NCBI RefSeq assembly: GCF_004010195.1 | Contig: NC_057712.1 | Span: 85,392,886 to 85,456,885, forward strand | DNA length: 64,000 bases | Reading direction: 5' to 3' | Source of the DNA: Chiloscyllium plagiosum | Lineage: Eukaryota | Shown: positions 25,771 through 36,936 of the stretch, piece by piece | Layout: every line of letters starts with the position of its first letter | Position numbering within the stretch: the first letter of the stretch is position 1 | The notes under the pieces: generated by a model | Database searches by the model: none | The model's input: the letters and a program-made list of their open reading frames with translations, nothing else | What the model was told of the DNA's origin: nothing | Translations under genes and position numbers: made by a program

Positions 25771-28139
25771 TTTCCTGGAACAGCAGTGTGTGGGCAGTGA
25801 GTCCTGGAACAGCACTGTGTGGGCAGAGAGTTTGGAACAGCAGTCTTTGGGTGTGAGTCTAGAACTGCAGTGTGTGGGCAGTGCGTCCTGGAACAGCATT
25901 GTGTAGGCAGTGAGTCTGGAACAGCAGTGTGTGGGCTGTCAGTCCTGGAGCAGCAGTGTTCGGGCAGTACGTCTGGAACAGCAGTGTGTGGGCAGTGAAT
26001 CCTGGAACAGCAGTGTTTGGGCAGTGAGGTCTGCAATAGCAGTGTGTGGGCAGTGATTCCTGGAACTGAGGTTTTTTTGTGTGCAGTGAGTCTGGAACAA
26101 CAGTATGTGGGACTTGGTCTGTAACAGCATTTTATGGACATTGTGTCTGCCCACAAGTGTGTGGGCAGAAAATCTGGAACAACATTGTGTGGGGAGTGAA
26201 TCTGGAACAGCAGTGAGTGGGAAGTGAGACTGGAATAGCAGTGTGTGAGCACTGTGACCTGGAACACGAATGTGCAGGAAGTGAATCTGGAACAGCAGTG
26301 TGTGTGCAGTGAGTTCTGGAACAGCAGTGTGTGTGCAGTGAGTCCTTCAACAGTAGTGTGGGTGCAGTGAGTCTAGAACAGCACAGTATGGGCAGTGAGT
26401 CAGGAACAGCAGTAAATGGGCAGTGAATTCTGGAAGAGTAGTGTGGATGCAGTGAGTCTGGAACAGCAGTGTGTGAGCACTGTGACCTGGAACACGAGTG
26501 TGCAGGAAGTGAATCTGGAACAGCAGTGTGTGCAGTGAGTTCTGGAACAGCAGTGTGTGTGCAGATGTTGTAGAACAATAGTGTGTGGGCAGTGAGTCCT
26601 GGAACAGTAGTCAGTGTGGGTTTGTGTTTGGAGCAAAAGTGTGTGTCAGATATTCTGGAACTACAGTGCGTGGGCAGTGAGTCGTGCAACAGCAGTGTGT
26701 GGGCACCAGCTCTGCAAGAGCAGAATTTGGGCAGTGAGTCCAGGAACAGCAGTGTGTGTGCGGTGAGGCTAGAACAGCAGAGTTTGGGCAGTGAGTCTGG
26801 AACAGCAGTGAGTGGGAAGTGAGACTGGAATAGCAGTGTGGAGTGAATCTGGAACAGCAGTGAGTGGGAAGTGAGACTGGAATAGCAGTGTGTGAGCAGT
26901 GAGTGCTGGAACAGCAGTGTGGGTGCAGTGAGTCTGGAACAGCAGTGTGTGTACAGATGTTGTAGAACAGCAGTGTGTGGGCAGTGAGTCCTAGAACAGC
27001 AGAGTGTGTGTGTGAGTCCTGGAACAGTAATCAGTGTGTGCAGATGTTCTGGAACTATATTGCGCGGGCAGTTTATCTGAAACTGCAATATGTGGGCATT
27101 GAGTCCTGGAACAGCTGTGCGTGCAGTGGGTCTGGAACAGCAGTGGGCAGGCAGTGAGTCTGGAACAGCAGTGTGTAGGCAGTGAGTCTGGAACAACAGT
27201 GTGAGAGCAGTAGGTCAGGAATAGCAGTGCCTGGGCAGTGAGTCGTGCAACAGCAGTGTGTGGGCACCAGCTCTGCAAGAGCAGTATTTGGGCAGTGAGT
27301 CTGGAACAGGAGTGTGCATGCAGTGAGTCTCGAACAGCAGTGTGTGTGCAGTCAGTTCTGCAATAGCAATGTGTTGGCAGTGGGTTAGGAATGGCAGTGT
27401 GTGTGCAGTGAGTCCTGGAACAGCAGTGTGTGACCAGTGAGTCCTGGAATAGCAGTGTGTACGCAGTGGGTCTGTAACAGCAGTGTATGGGCACTGAGTT
27501 CTGGAACAGGAGTGTGCAGGAAGTGCATCTGGAACAGCAGTGTGTGGACAGTGAGTCCTGGAATAGCAGTGTCTGAGCATTGAGTCCTGGACCATCAGTG
27601 TGTGGGCAGTGAATCAGGAACAACAGTGCGTGGGCATGAGTCTGGAACAGCAGTGTGTGGGCAGTGAGTCCTGGAACAGCAGTATTTAGGCAGGGAGTCT
27701 GGAACAGCAGTGTGTGGACAGTGAGTCTGGAACTGCAGTGTGTGGGCAGTGAGTCTGGAACAGCAGTATTTGAGCAGTGAGTCTGGAACGGCTGTGTGTG
27801 GGCAGTGGGTCCTGGAACAGCAGTGTGTGGGCAGTGAGTCTGGAACAGCAGTGTGTGGACAGTGAGTCTGGAACAGCAGTGTTTGGCCAGTGGGTCTGGA
27901 ACAGCACCGTGCATGTAGTGATTCCCTGGCACAGCCTCCAGCAGGGGTGGGAGTCATAATTTACCTTGTAGCAGCTGACTGCTGGTACTGAGTGGACTGA
28001 ATGCCTGGAGCGGACTGGGATCTGCAGCGTGCTGTCAGACCATGTGCAGCGACCCTGCTCTCAGCTGGTCATATGTAATGTTCTCGCAAATCTTGCCCAC
28101 TTATCACCTGCCGAATGTACTGTTCTGAGAAACTATTCT

Positions 28140-28620
28140 GATGTATTCTATTAATTCTTTAGTAAAGCTACATTTTCCCAGTATTTCTAATCAGTGTATA
28201 AATTTAAATCCGCCATTACTTTATGACAGTTTCTCAATATTGCTGTCTTTATGCCCCATGCTGTAGCATGGTTACAGTTAGGAGGCCTGTACATGACTCC
28301 CACTGATGACCTCTTGCCTTTATCATTGCTCATCTCCACTCAAATATGTTCCATGTCTTGGATCTTTTGGACTTAGGTAATTCCTCACCGTTATGCTGAT
28401 GCCATCATTAATTAACAGAACCTGCCTTCCACTTTTTTGCTCCTTTAATCTTCACATATGTCCTTACCCTTTAAAGTTCAGGTCTCAATCCATGTCATCC
28501 TGCATTCATGTCTCTGCAATGGTAATCAGATTGTACTTTTTCATTTCTATTTGTAATCAGTTCATCCATTTTGTTTCAAATGCTGTGTGAATTCAGATGC
28601 AGTGACAGTAATTGTATAGT
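28140..28620 (-). mobile_element. Old CR1-type LINE endonuclease fragment
   Basis: Minus strand VMADLNLYTD (GDFN motif) and GVMYRPPNC. Confidence 0.65.
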
Positions 28621-28708
28621 TTTACTTGCCTTGTACATCCCAATCTTATTTATTAGTGTGGTCTCTCCCACTTCCTGTCATAGTTTCTACCATTTCCTAT
28701 ATTAACAT

Positions 28709-28890
28709 TGTAATGAGGTCAGCCAGATGGACATCATATGAATATGAATTGACAGAAATAAGCGGGAGTATCAGAAATCCTGCTTACCTTGAGAGCTGGC
28801 TCTGAGGGAGCTGGCTCAGTATCAAGGACTCACTCCATGTAAATAAAGGGGTCTTGGCGACAGGATACCATTCTCTCTGGAGTTATTTCA
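28709..28890 (+). mobile_element. Solo LTR related to the Gypsy LTR at 2170-2401, with 5-bp TSD AACAT
   Basis: TGTAATG...TTATTTCA flanked by aacat (28704-28708 and 28891-28895); shares ctggctctgag, aaataaaggg, ttgg(c/t)gacaggatac and ttatttca with the other LTR. Confidence 0.9.
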
Positions 28891-28904
28891 AACATCTTTT
28901 AGGC

Positions 28905-29535
28905 GATAAAACATAAGAGTCGAAGTAGGCCATCGAGTCTGCTCTTCCATTCAATGAGATTATATCTGATCCAATATTTCTCAACACCCTTTTCTCTGTC
29001 TTTTGCCGATAACTCATAATTCCACTGCTGATTACAGATCTGTCTATCTCACATTGGATGTACTTAATGACCCAGCCTCAAAAGTCCTCAGTGGTAATGA
29101 TTTCTACAGATTCAGAGAAAAACTATCCTTCTCATCTCTGTCTTAAATAGGTGACTCATTGTTCTAAGATGATGTTGCCCCCACAAGGGATAGAAAAAAC
29201 TCTCTGAGTTTACCTGTCAAGATCCCTAAATATCTTTTATGTTTCAGTAAGGTCACCTCTTCTAAACTCCATTGAGTATAAGCCCAGCCTACTCAACCAT
29301 TCCTCATGAGGCAGTCCCTCCATACCTGGACCTCCTATGGATGGCCTCAATGCCAGTATATCTTTCCCTAGGTTACTGGTCTAAAACTATTCAGTTAACC
29401 ACACTGTGGTCTAACTCGTGCCTTGTCCAATTTTAGCAAAACCTCCTGACTTTCTCTCCCATTCTCTTTGAAATAAAGGCCAAGATTCCATTTGCCTTCC
29501 TGATTACTCCATGATCTTGGATGTTAGTTTTTTAA
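28905..29535 (-). mobile_element. CR1-type LINE 3' fragment
   Basis: gaagtaggccat...ccattcaatgagat tail; homologous to 34811-35990 and 41268-41825. Confidence 0.85.
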
Positions 29536-32500
29536 CTCTGCTATTAGACTTATCTCATTTTTCCACACTAAAGGCCTTGCTAACTCACTTAATGAGATTC
29601 TCTTGCCCTCACTAATCATTTTATATCCTCTTTACTTCCTTTGATGTCTCGTTGCATGAGCACTTACCTCAGCACAATTCAGGTGGAGATGGTATCATTG
29701 GCACAGATCGCACTTTCCCTCCTATTGGTGTCCATGCTCAATGAACAGGAACACATTTCTACCACATCAGTCTTTGAACCATGTATTCATCTCTTTAACC
29801 TAATTTATCATATGCCAATTTACACTAAACTGCACAAATTTCAAACACTCACCAGACATGTTTGCTCTGGAGCATAGAAGCTAGAGGTTACAGTTGTTGG
29901 CATATCCTCATGTCCTGCCATCCTTACATGTTCAAAGCAATTCCTTAATTAATGTTTTCAACTTTAAATTCAATTATAATTTTGTTAAGAAAAGAATAAA
30001 CCTTAATCACTAACCTGATATATTCACCAAAATTACGTTCCTTCTCCTGTAGCAGAATAAGAATCACCTTCAGGAAACTGAAAAGATTCAGCAAAAGCAA
30101 ATGCTATAGAATGCCTCTTTCCCTTCCTCCCCTTAATTGCCTGACTCACTTAACTCTAGCACTTCATTGTAAGTCACATTAAGTTGGCTAGTTTTATAAC
30201 AAACCCCGAGAGCGCTAGCGAAACTAAGCTGTTCCGGCAACATCCGTGGAGAGAGAAACAGAGTTAAAGCTTTGAGTCCAGTATGATGCTTCTTCAGAAC
30301 GGATTAGTTTTAGATGCTCCTAATATAAGTCCATTTGACACACTTAATGAGGATCCAGTTTCAGCTAGGTCTTAGTTTATCATTTACTAGAACCTTTGAC
30401 AAAACCCTGTTTGACTATGGCAACTAAAGAATTTAAGCTGTGGATTTCAATTTAATGCCAACTACAAACTAAATTAAATTTGTCCAAAATAAGCATTTAG
30501 ACATTCTTACACAAAACTCCACACCCCTTGTCCCAGGTCAAATTAAGTTTGCTCGCTGATTTTTAAAATTTAAATCAAGCTGTGAAGGTGTATTTTGACA
30601 TGTCTGGGGCAGATGGTACTTGAATCTAAGGCTTCCAGCCTGAAGGTATGAGCACTACCACATTGTTACTGAATCTGTATGCTCATAACATAAAAGGACT
30701 AGCTGACTTGCTTAATGAGAATCTTATCTCAGCTGGTTTTTAACTAAGCTGCTCTTTCACTGGAACCCTTGAAAATATCCCATGTAAGGCTGGCAACCAC
30801 AGAACTGAAGTGCTCGATTTCAGTCAACTGCCAACTACAGATGACTACTACCTACAAACTACAATGGATTTGTATAAAAGTTTTAAAAACTTCTAATTAC
30901 CCCCTCATTCTTTATGACAACTCAGCTATTTCGGCGGTAAGTCTATAACTAGCCTGGCCTCTCCTTTGTCTTTTGAATAGAAAAAAAGCCTGATGCTTCA
31001 TTCAATAGCCTCCTACTGTGCAGCCACCTTATCTGCTTAGACAAGGTCTACTCTAGCTCAGTGCAGGAACACCAGTGAAAACTGCAGATGTGGGAAAATA
31101 GTTGATTGAATTGAATTAGTGATAAGCTGGGTAACTCCCGCTGCTTCTCAGCAACAGTGCGCCTCCCTGAGACATTGCCTGTATAAAAAATTGCACTCAG
31201 CAGTCAACATGCTGGGCGACTAGCACAGGACTGCCCACCTCCAATCTAAAGTCCAGTATGGAATTGATGTTTGGTGATTTTTCATTAGAAACGGTCAGAA
31301 CTACCTTTGTTTTTGCATGGGATTTTTGATGTTCTAAAACTATTCAAGGAGTGTAACTCTGGAAAGAGATCACAAATGTTTTGCTCTATTACAGAAAGTC
31401 AAGATATGTAATCCGTGTTTACATGTGTGGGTATTTTTACTCGGTTCCAATATATTTTCTATATCTCCCAGTGCCCCTTATTCATTAAAATTAAAATGTT
31501 GGTTTTCTTTTCAAAGTAGAAAAAAACATTCATTTCTCATTCGCTCGTAATGTCACAACTGGAAATATTCCCATGCACTGTTTGACTGTTTAAAGTTGTG
31601 AACTCTGTCTATGGGAATTCTCATAGCATTCCCTATGCAATGTGAACCAGCATTCCACCATTCTGTGATGCCATATGTTGCTTCACCATCAGTTGCTGCA
31701 ACTGATCACTGCTATTACTGATAGCATTTAATTGAATTCGAATCTGAGATATTACCAAAGATACTTTGACCTGACCGAAAGCCTTGCTTCACCATAAATA
31801 GCATCACTGCAGTGGATTTTTTTTTTAAAATGGTGAGAGCAAAAGAACAGAAGGTGTCAGATCGCTTTTTAACATAATTTATTCATCTTTTAAATGGTAA
31901 TTACAAGCGATTTTTAGATTTACATCTGGTAGTGTTCAGATTCTATGTTAATAACTAGAATGTATCCGTCTGTGCAAACAGATTTTTATTAGTATTTCTT
32001 TGAATACGCCAACTGAAATTGAACTTGATTGCTGAGACACAAAGAATAAATCTTAGTTCTTTTACAGTTGCATTTGTGGGGATTTAGATTTAATCACCAG
32101 GAAACAGAATCTGGCACATTGAAACTTTTCATACTCCCACAAATGTTTAAGAAGATAATTCCTATCTTATCTAGGGTTTCAAACTGTAATCCTCTTTCTT
32201 TACTTTTTTCATTCGCTACATCTGTACTGCCAGATTCACTCCCTCTGCCATCTCATCTTTACATAAGCTAATCTTCTCTCTCCTGTAGGGACCATTGGCA
32301 CGTTTTGCATCAGTAAGGATTAAAGGGTGGTGGGGGGGGTGGGGGCAACATTCAGGGTTATTGGAAGACCAATGCTTTGCAATAGGTTGATAGCTGAATC
32401 ATGTTGCCTTCCAGTGACATATATTTATTGAAGTCCTTGGGGGAGCATTGGCAACTTAATTTGAGGTCTCCCCTGAAAATTGGAGCGGGTGGCTGTTCAC

Positions 32501-33134
32501 CAAAAAGCTGAGCTCCTTTCCCCACCCCACCGCCATCGATTTCCAAGATGCTGAAACACAGATAAATTCTTAAATTCGGATGCAAGCAATTTTTTAAAAA
32601 ATCATTGTCATTTCTTCAGTAACTTTGGAAGTATCTTCCCTCTTGTCTGTTTTTATTTGTGAGATTCTTACATGTTTCTGCATTAGCAGTCAGGGACAAA
32701 ATCTCTTACTCACTTTGCCACTGCTGCTGAACCATGTCCCATTTTTACTGCTCCCCTTCAGATGTTTTCATGAAGGTCATTTCGATAGGCAACAATGCTA
32801 TCGGCCAATTCTGTGCTTGAACTAGTCACATGGAAGCTTGAATGACAGGCACTGGCCTCCAGGACTGTGAAACCTGATGCTCCATCATGTGCATTTTCTG
32901 ACCTTTCATAAGATAGACAGATAATTCTGAAGAGGCCTGTTTAATCATATCTACATAAGAACAGATATATAAAGCTGCAAGCACGTTTATAGCAATTATT
33001 GAAATCATATTATTATTTTCACAGATACCATGTTACATACATGATAAATGCTTATGATCAAAACATTTGGATGATATAGCAATTATGATGCTTTTAGGTA
33101 TGTCCCATTCTGGTATTTTTCTTCTGTGCAGACA

Positions 33135-33415
33135 TCAATAGAATCGAGCCTGCACTGTCATTCAATAAGATTATGGCTGATCTGATTGTCACCTTAACTT
33201 CACTTTCTTGTCCACTGTCCCCCTTAACCCTTGACTCCCCTTATGAATCACAAATCTGGAGAAGAAAATTCCAAAGACTCGTGATCCTCTGAGGGAAGAA
33301 ATGACCCCTTATCTCTGTCTTCCATGGAAGGCCACTTGCATTTAAATCAAGCCCCTTGTATTAGATACCTCCCACAAAAGAATAAACCATCTCAGCATCT
33401 AACCTGTCTGACCAG
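33135..33415 (-). mobile_element. CR1-type LINE 3' fragment
   Basis: cattcaataagattatggctgatctg...ctctgagggaagaaat. Confidence 0.7.
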
Positions 33416-34104
33416 TAATCTAATCTGATGGTTGTCACTCAATTTGGATTGGTATGTGTTCTAAAATAATATGGGGTTATTTCAACAGTGACACTCCGAC
33501 ACTTATTTCAATGATGACACAGATATTCTGATAGCCAGAGAGTCATTGGAGAAGCACAGACTGGAGATACATGTCAGGATTCTGTGGAATCTCAGATGGA
33601 GCTGACTCTGTGTGAATTAAACAATAGGCCATTCCCCTATATCTGGAACTCTCTATGAGTCCAATAAAGGTGAAGAATTCAGAGGTTTTTGGCGGACTTG
33701 ATATACGGCTAGGACAATTTGGAGAATTAAAAATCTACTCCAACTCCTGAGTAACTATAAAACTGATCCTCCCCAACTTAGCACCACCCCTCCCTGCCCC
33801 CAACAAACTACAGTTCCCCAGACATCCAAAATCTCCTGGACAATCAAATGCCAGTCCAATGTCTTTCCCTGAACCCACTTCAGTCTAAACAACTCCAGAT
33901 CAGAAAACCCACTGCTCCTCAACCCCCACGCCAGTCTGACTACTCCTGAAGCTGACACTTCCCCCTTCACTCTCCTGACACAACCTGGAACTGACACTGT
34001 CTCTTACCTGTGACACCTGTTGGACCCAACACTCCTCACTCCATTCTGGACCATGGCCCAATGTATACCCCCAACAACCCCCCACCTACACTGAAGTTAC
34101 TCCT

Positions 34105-34225
34105 ACTCTCCACCCCCGAGGCTCCCAGCCTCATTCCTGATTAAAGGCTTTTGCCCAAAATGTCTATTTTCCTGCTCCTTGGATGCTGCCTGACGTGCTG
34201 TGCTTTTCCAGCACCCCACTCTCAA
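34105..34225 (+). mobile_element. Penelope-derived terminal fragment with a decayed hammerhead
   Basis: ctcattcctgattaaaggcttttgcccaaaatgtc...ggatgctgcctgac; homologous to the 54000-54075 region. Confidence 0.7.
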
Positions 34226-34810
34226 CTCATTACTCCTACTCTGTCAGCCCGATCCCTGCAGAATCGACACCCTCTCTCCTACCTACCAGTCTGATAACTC
34301 TTAATCAGGTCATGTCACCTATCTGTTGGATAAAGCACACTGCCCCCGCACTCCCCACTATTGGTCCCAACACTCCCAACCTCCAATCTACCCTTTTCAC
34401 AGGATTGAACTCAAAACATTAACTCTGCTTTCTCTGCCACCAGATCTTTTGAGTTGCACCAGAAATTTCTGTTTTCATTCCCATTGACATGCATTCATTT
34501 CCCTGGCACACTTACATTTTATCCACTTGGCACATACCACCCCACTCACTTGGCACCTCACTCACTGACTCTCTATAAATCTCGACCATCTGGTACAATA
34601 CCAACCTGGCACACTATCTGTATCATCATCTGGTGCTCTATCCTACCAACAAACTGCCATGCTAACCCTACACTTAACTTACATACTCACCTTTTCACAG
34701 GAACTGTCAAAGTGTTTGGCTATGCTGCTTAGCACTTGTATCACAGAACATGGCACACTGACTGTTGCAAAAGTTGGCGTGGTTATCTTCAGCCCTAGAT
34801 TTGTGGATTT

Positions 34811-35990
34811 CATAAGACATTGGAAGTCAGAGCAGAAGTAGGCCAATAGGCCCATCAAATCTCTGTGCCGTTCAATGAGATCATGGCTGATCTGATAACC
34901 TTCAACTCCACTTTCCTGCCTTATCCTCTTAACCCTCAATTCTATTGCTGATTAGAAATCTGTCTATCTCTGCCTTGAAAATAGCTAACAACCCAGGCTT
35001 GATAGCCCCTTTTGTTAATAATTTCCACAGATTCACCACCTTCTCAGAGAATAAAATCCTCTTCATCTCTGTCTTAAATAGGTGACTCATTGTTCTGAGG
35101 TTATGCCCTCTGGTTCTACACTATCCCACAAGGGGAAAAAAGCGCTTCACATTTGCCCTATCAATCCCCCTATTGGATATGTTTCAATAGGGTCACTTTT
35201 TCTAAACTGCAATGAATACAAGCCAAACCTACTCAACCTATCCTCATAAAAAAGTCCCTCCATATCTAGGACCAGCCTGGTAAATCTGCTCTGGACTCCC
35301 TTCAATCTTCCTCTTATCCTTTCTTACATAACCGGTCCAAAATTGTTTACAGTATTCCAACTGTGGTCTGACTAGTTTATGCAAGACCTTCTTATTTTTA
35401 TACTCTATTCCCTTTGAAATAAAGGCCAACATTCCATTTGCCTGTTGTACCACCTGCTGAACTTGGATGCTAGCTTTTTTGTGATTCATGCACTTGGACA
35501 CTCAATCGCTCTATTCTATAGCATTAAGCAGTTTCCCCCATTTCAATATCATTCAGCTGTTCTATTCTTCCTGCCAAAGTGTATAACCTCATGTTTATCC
35601 ATATTGTGCTCCATCTGCCATGCTTTTGCCTAATCGGTTAACCTGTCCATACTTCTCAGAGGACTCCACGGGTCATCCTCCTTACTTGCCTTCCCACCTA
35701 TTTTTGAGTCATCTGCAAACTTGGCAATGGTACATTCATTTCCATCATCCAAATTATTCATATATATTGTAAATAATTGTGGCCCCCAACACTGCTTCCC
35801 ATGGCACTCCACCAGTTATAGTTCACCGTTCTTAAAATGTACCCATAGCCTAACTCTCTGTCTTCTATTAGTTATACAATTATCTATCCATGGTAATATT
35901 CTGCCTACAATACCATGGGCCTTGATCTTATTCAGCAACCTAACATATGGTACTTTCTGAATGCCTTTTGGAAATCCAAATACGTTCCAT
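34811..35990 (-). mobile_element. CR1-type LINE 3' half (RT)
   Basis: GPQLFTIYMNNLDDGNECTIAKFADDSKIGG; KLVRPQLEYCKQFW; CR1 tail. Confidence 0.92.
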
Positions 35991-36054
35991 CCAATTGAAC
36001 ATCCAAGAATCTTCAGCACAGAAGGCATCCCAAGTAAGTGGATAATTTTTAACA

Positions 36055-36190
36055 AACTAAAACTAAAGAACTACAGATGCTGGAAATCATAAATAAAATC
36101 AGAAATTGATGGAAAAACTCAACATTTCTGGCAGCCTCTATGGAGCAACAGCAGAATTAATGTTTCGGATCCAATGACCCTTCTTCAAAA
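36055..36190 (-). mobile_element. Short Penelope-derived terminal-repeat element
   Basis: agaactacagatgctggaaat...tgtttcggatccaatgacccttcttcaaaa (decayed hammerhead on the minus strand). Confidence 0.7.
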
Positions 36191-36419
36191 CCACTTTATT
36201 TTGCACTGCAAGGCTATTTTTAACTAACCTTCTCACTTTTCAGTGTCCCTGATAGCTACAATTTCATTTACAGCAAAAACTTTGACAGTATGCAGATTCC
36301 ACTTGTAACTTCTGTTGCAGCGCTCGATTTGGAGAAGGGAGCTATGGACCAGTAGCTTCTGAAGAGCTTGCTGATAAAATAACTCTGATCAGGGAGTCAC
36401 ATACTTTAGCCAAAATTGA

Positions 36420-36602
36420 CAGCCAGAACACCAGGCTATAGTCAGGTTTATTTGCAAATACTAGCTTTCGAAGCGCTGCTCCTTCATCAGGTAGCTGTGG
36501 AGCGGGATCAGAATATTTTCAAATAGACCTGTTGGACTATAACCTGATATTGTGTGATTTTTAACTTTGTCGACCCCAGTCCCACACTGGCACCTCCACG
36601 TC
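36420..36602. mobile_element. Penelope-derived fold-back element
   Basis: Inverted arms caggctatagtc / gactataacctg and aggtttatttg / caaatagacct; same family as 11385-11550. Confidence 0.75.
36459..36493 (-). ncRNA. Hammerhead ribozyme motif (minimal type I), apparently intact
   Basis: Minus strand TAC CTGATGA A GGAGC agc GCTTC GAAA GCTA GTA: stem I TAC/GTA, 5-bp stem II with one G-U pair, palindromic AGCT stem III. Confidence 0.75.
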
Positions 36603-36620
36603 AGATTTATATCTGACAAG

Positions 36621-36936
36621 ATTAGATTAGATTAGATTACTTACAGTGTGGAAACAGGCCCTTCGGCCCAACAAGTCCACACCGACCCGCCGAAGCGCAA
36701 CCCACCCATACCCCTACATTTACCCCTTTACCTAACACTACGGGCAATTTAGCATGACCAATTCACCTGACCTGCAGGGTCTTTGGACTGTGGGAGGAAA
36801 CCGGAGCACCTGGAGAAAACCCATGCAGACACGGGGAGAATGTGCAAACTCCACACAGTCAGTCTCCTGAGTCGGGAATTGAACCCGGGTCTCTGGTGCT
36901 GTGAGGCAGCAGTGCTAACCACTGTGCCACTGTGCC
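36621..36936 (-). mobile_element. Full-length HE1-like V-SINE, young
   Basis: tRNA head, V-domain and (ATTAG)n tail; possible 5-bp TSD acaag (36616-36620 and 36937-36941); CpGs retained. Confidence 0.93.

Larger units (their letters stand above)
16630..27930 (+). repeat. Satellite/minisatellite array, 28-29 bp unit GTC(C)TGGAACAGCAGTGTGTGGGCAGTGA, with higher-order blocks
   Basis: Hundreds of head-to-tail diverged copies; interrupted by a SINE and two N-gaps. Confidence 0.97.

Noticed and set aside
18269-26267. ORFs with long X runs
   Set aside because: They read through assembly gaps.
16630-27930. CRISPR-like array (28-29 bp repeats)
   Set aside because: Units are head-to-tail with no unique spacers, there are no cas genes, and the context is eukaryotic.
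16630-27930. Possible V(D)J recombination signal array (CACACTG/CACTGTG words)
   Set aside because: No ACAAAAACC nonamer at 12/23 spacing and no V, D or J segments seen; heptamers elsewhere (e.g. 48712, 57517) also lack properly spaced nonamers.
16416-27959. Many long Cys/His-rich ORFs (THCCSR, LLFQTHCPHTAVPD repeats) that resemble zinc-finger or keratin-associated proteins
   Set aside because: They are translations of a 28/29-bp unit that is not a multiple of three, so the same peptides cycle through all frames; the minus strand simply lacks stop codons.
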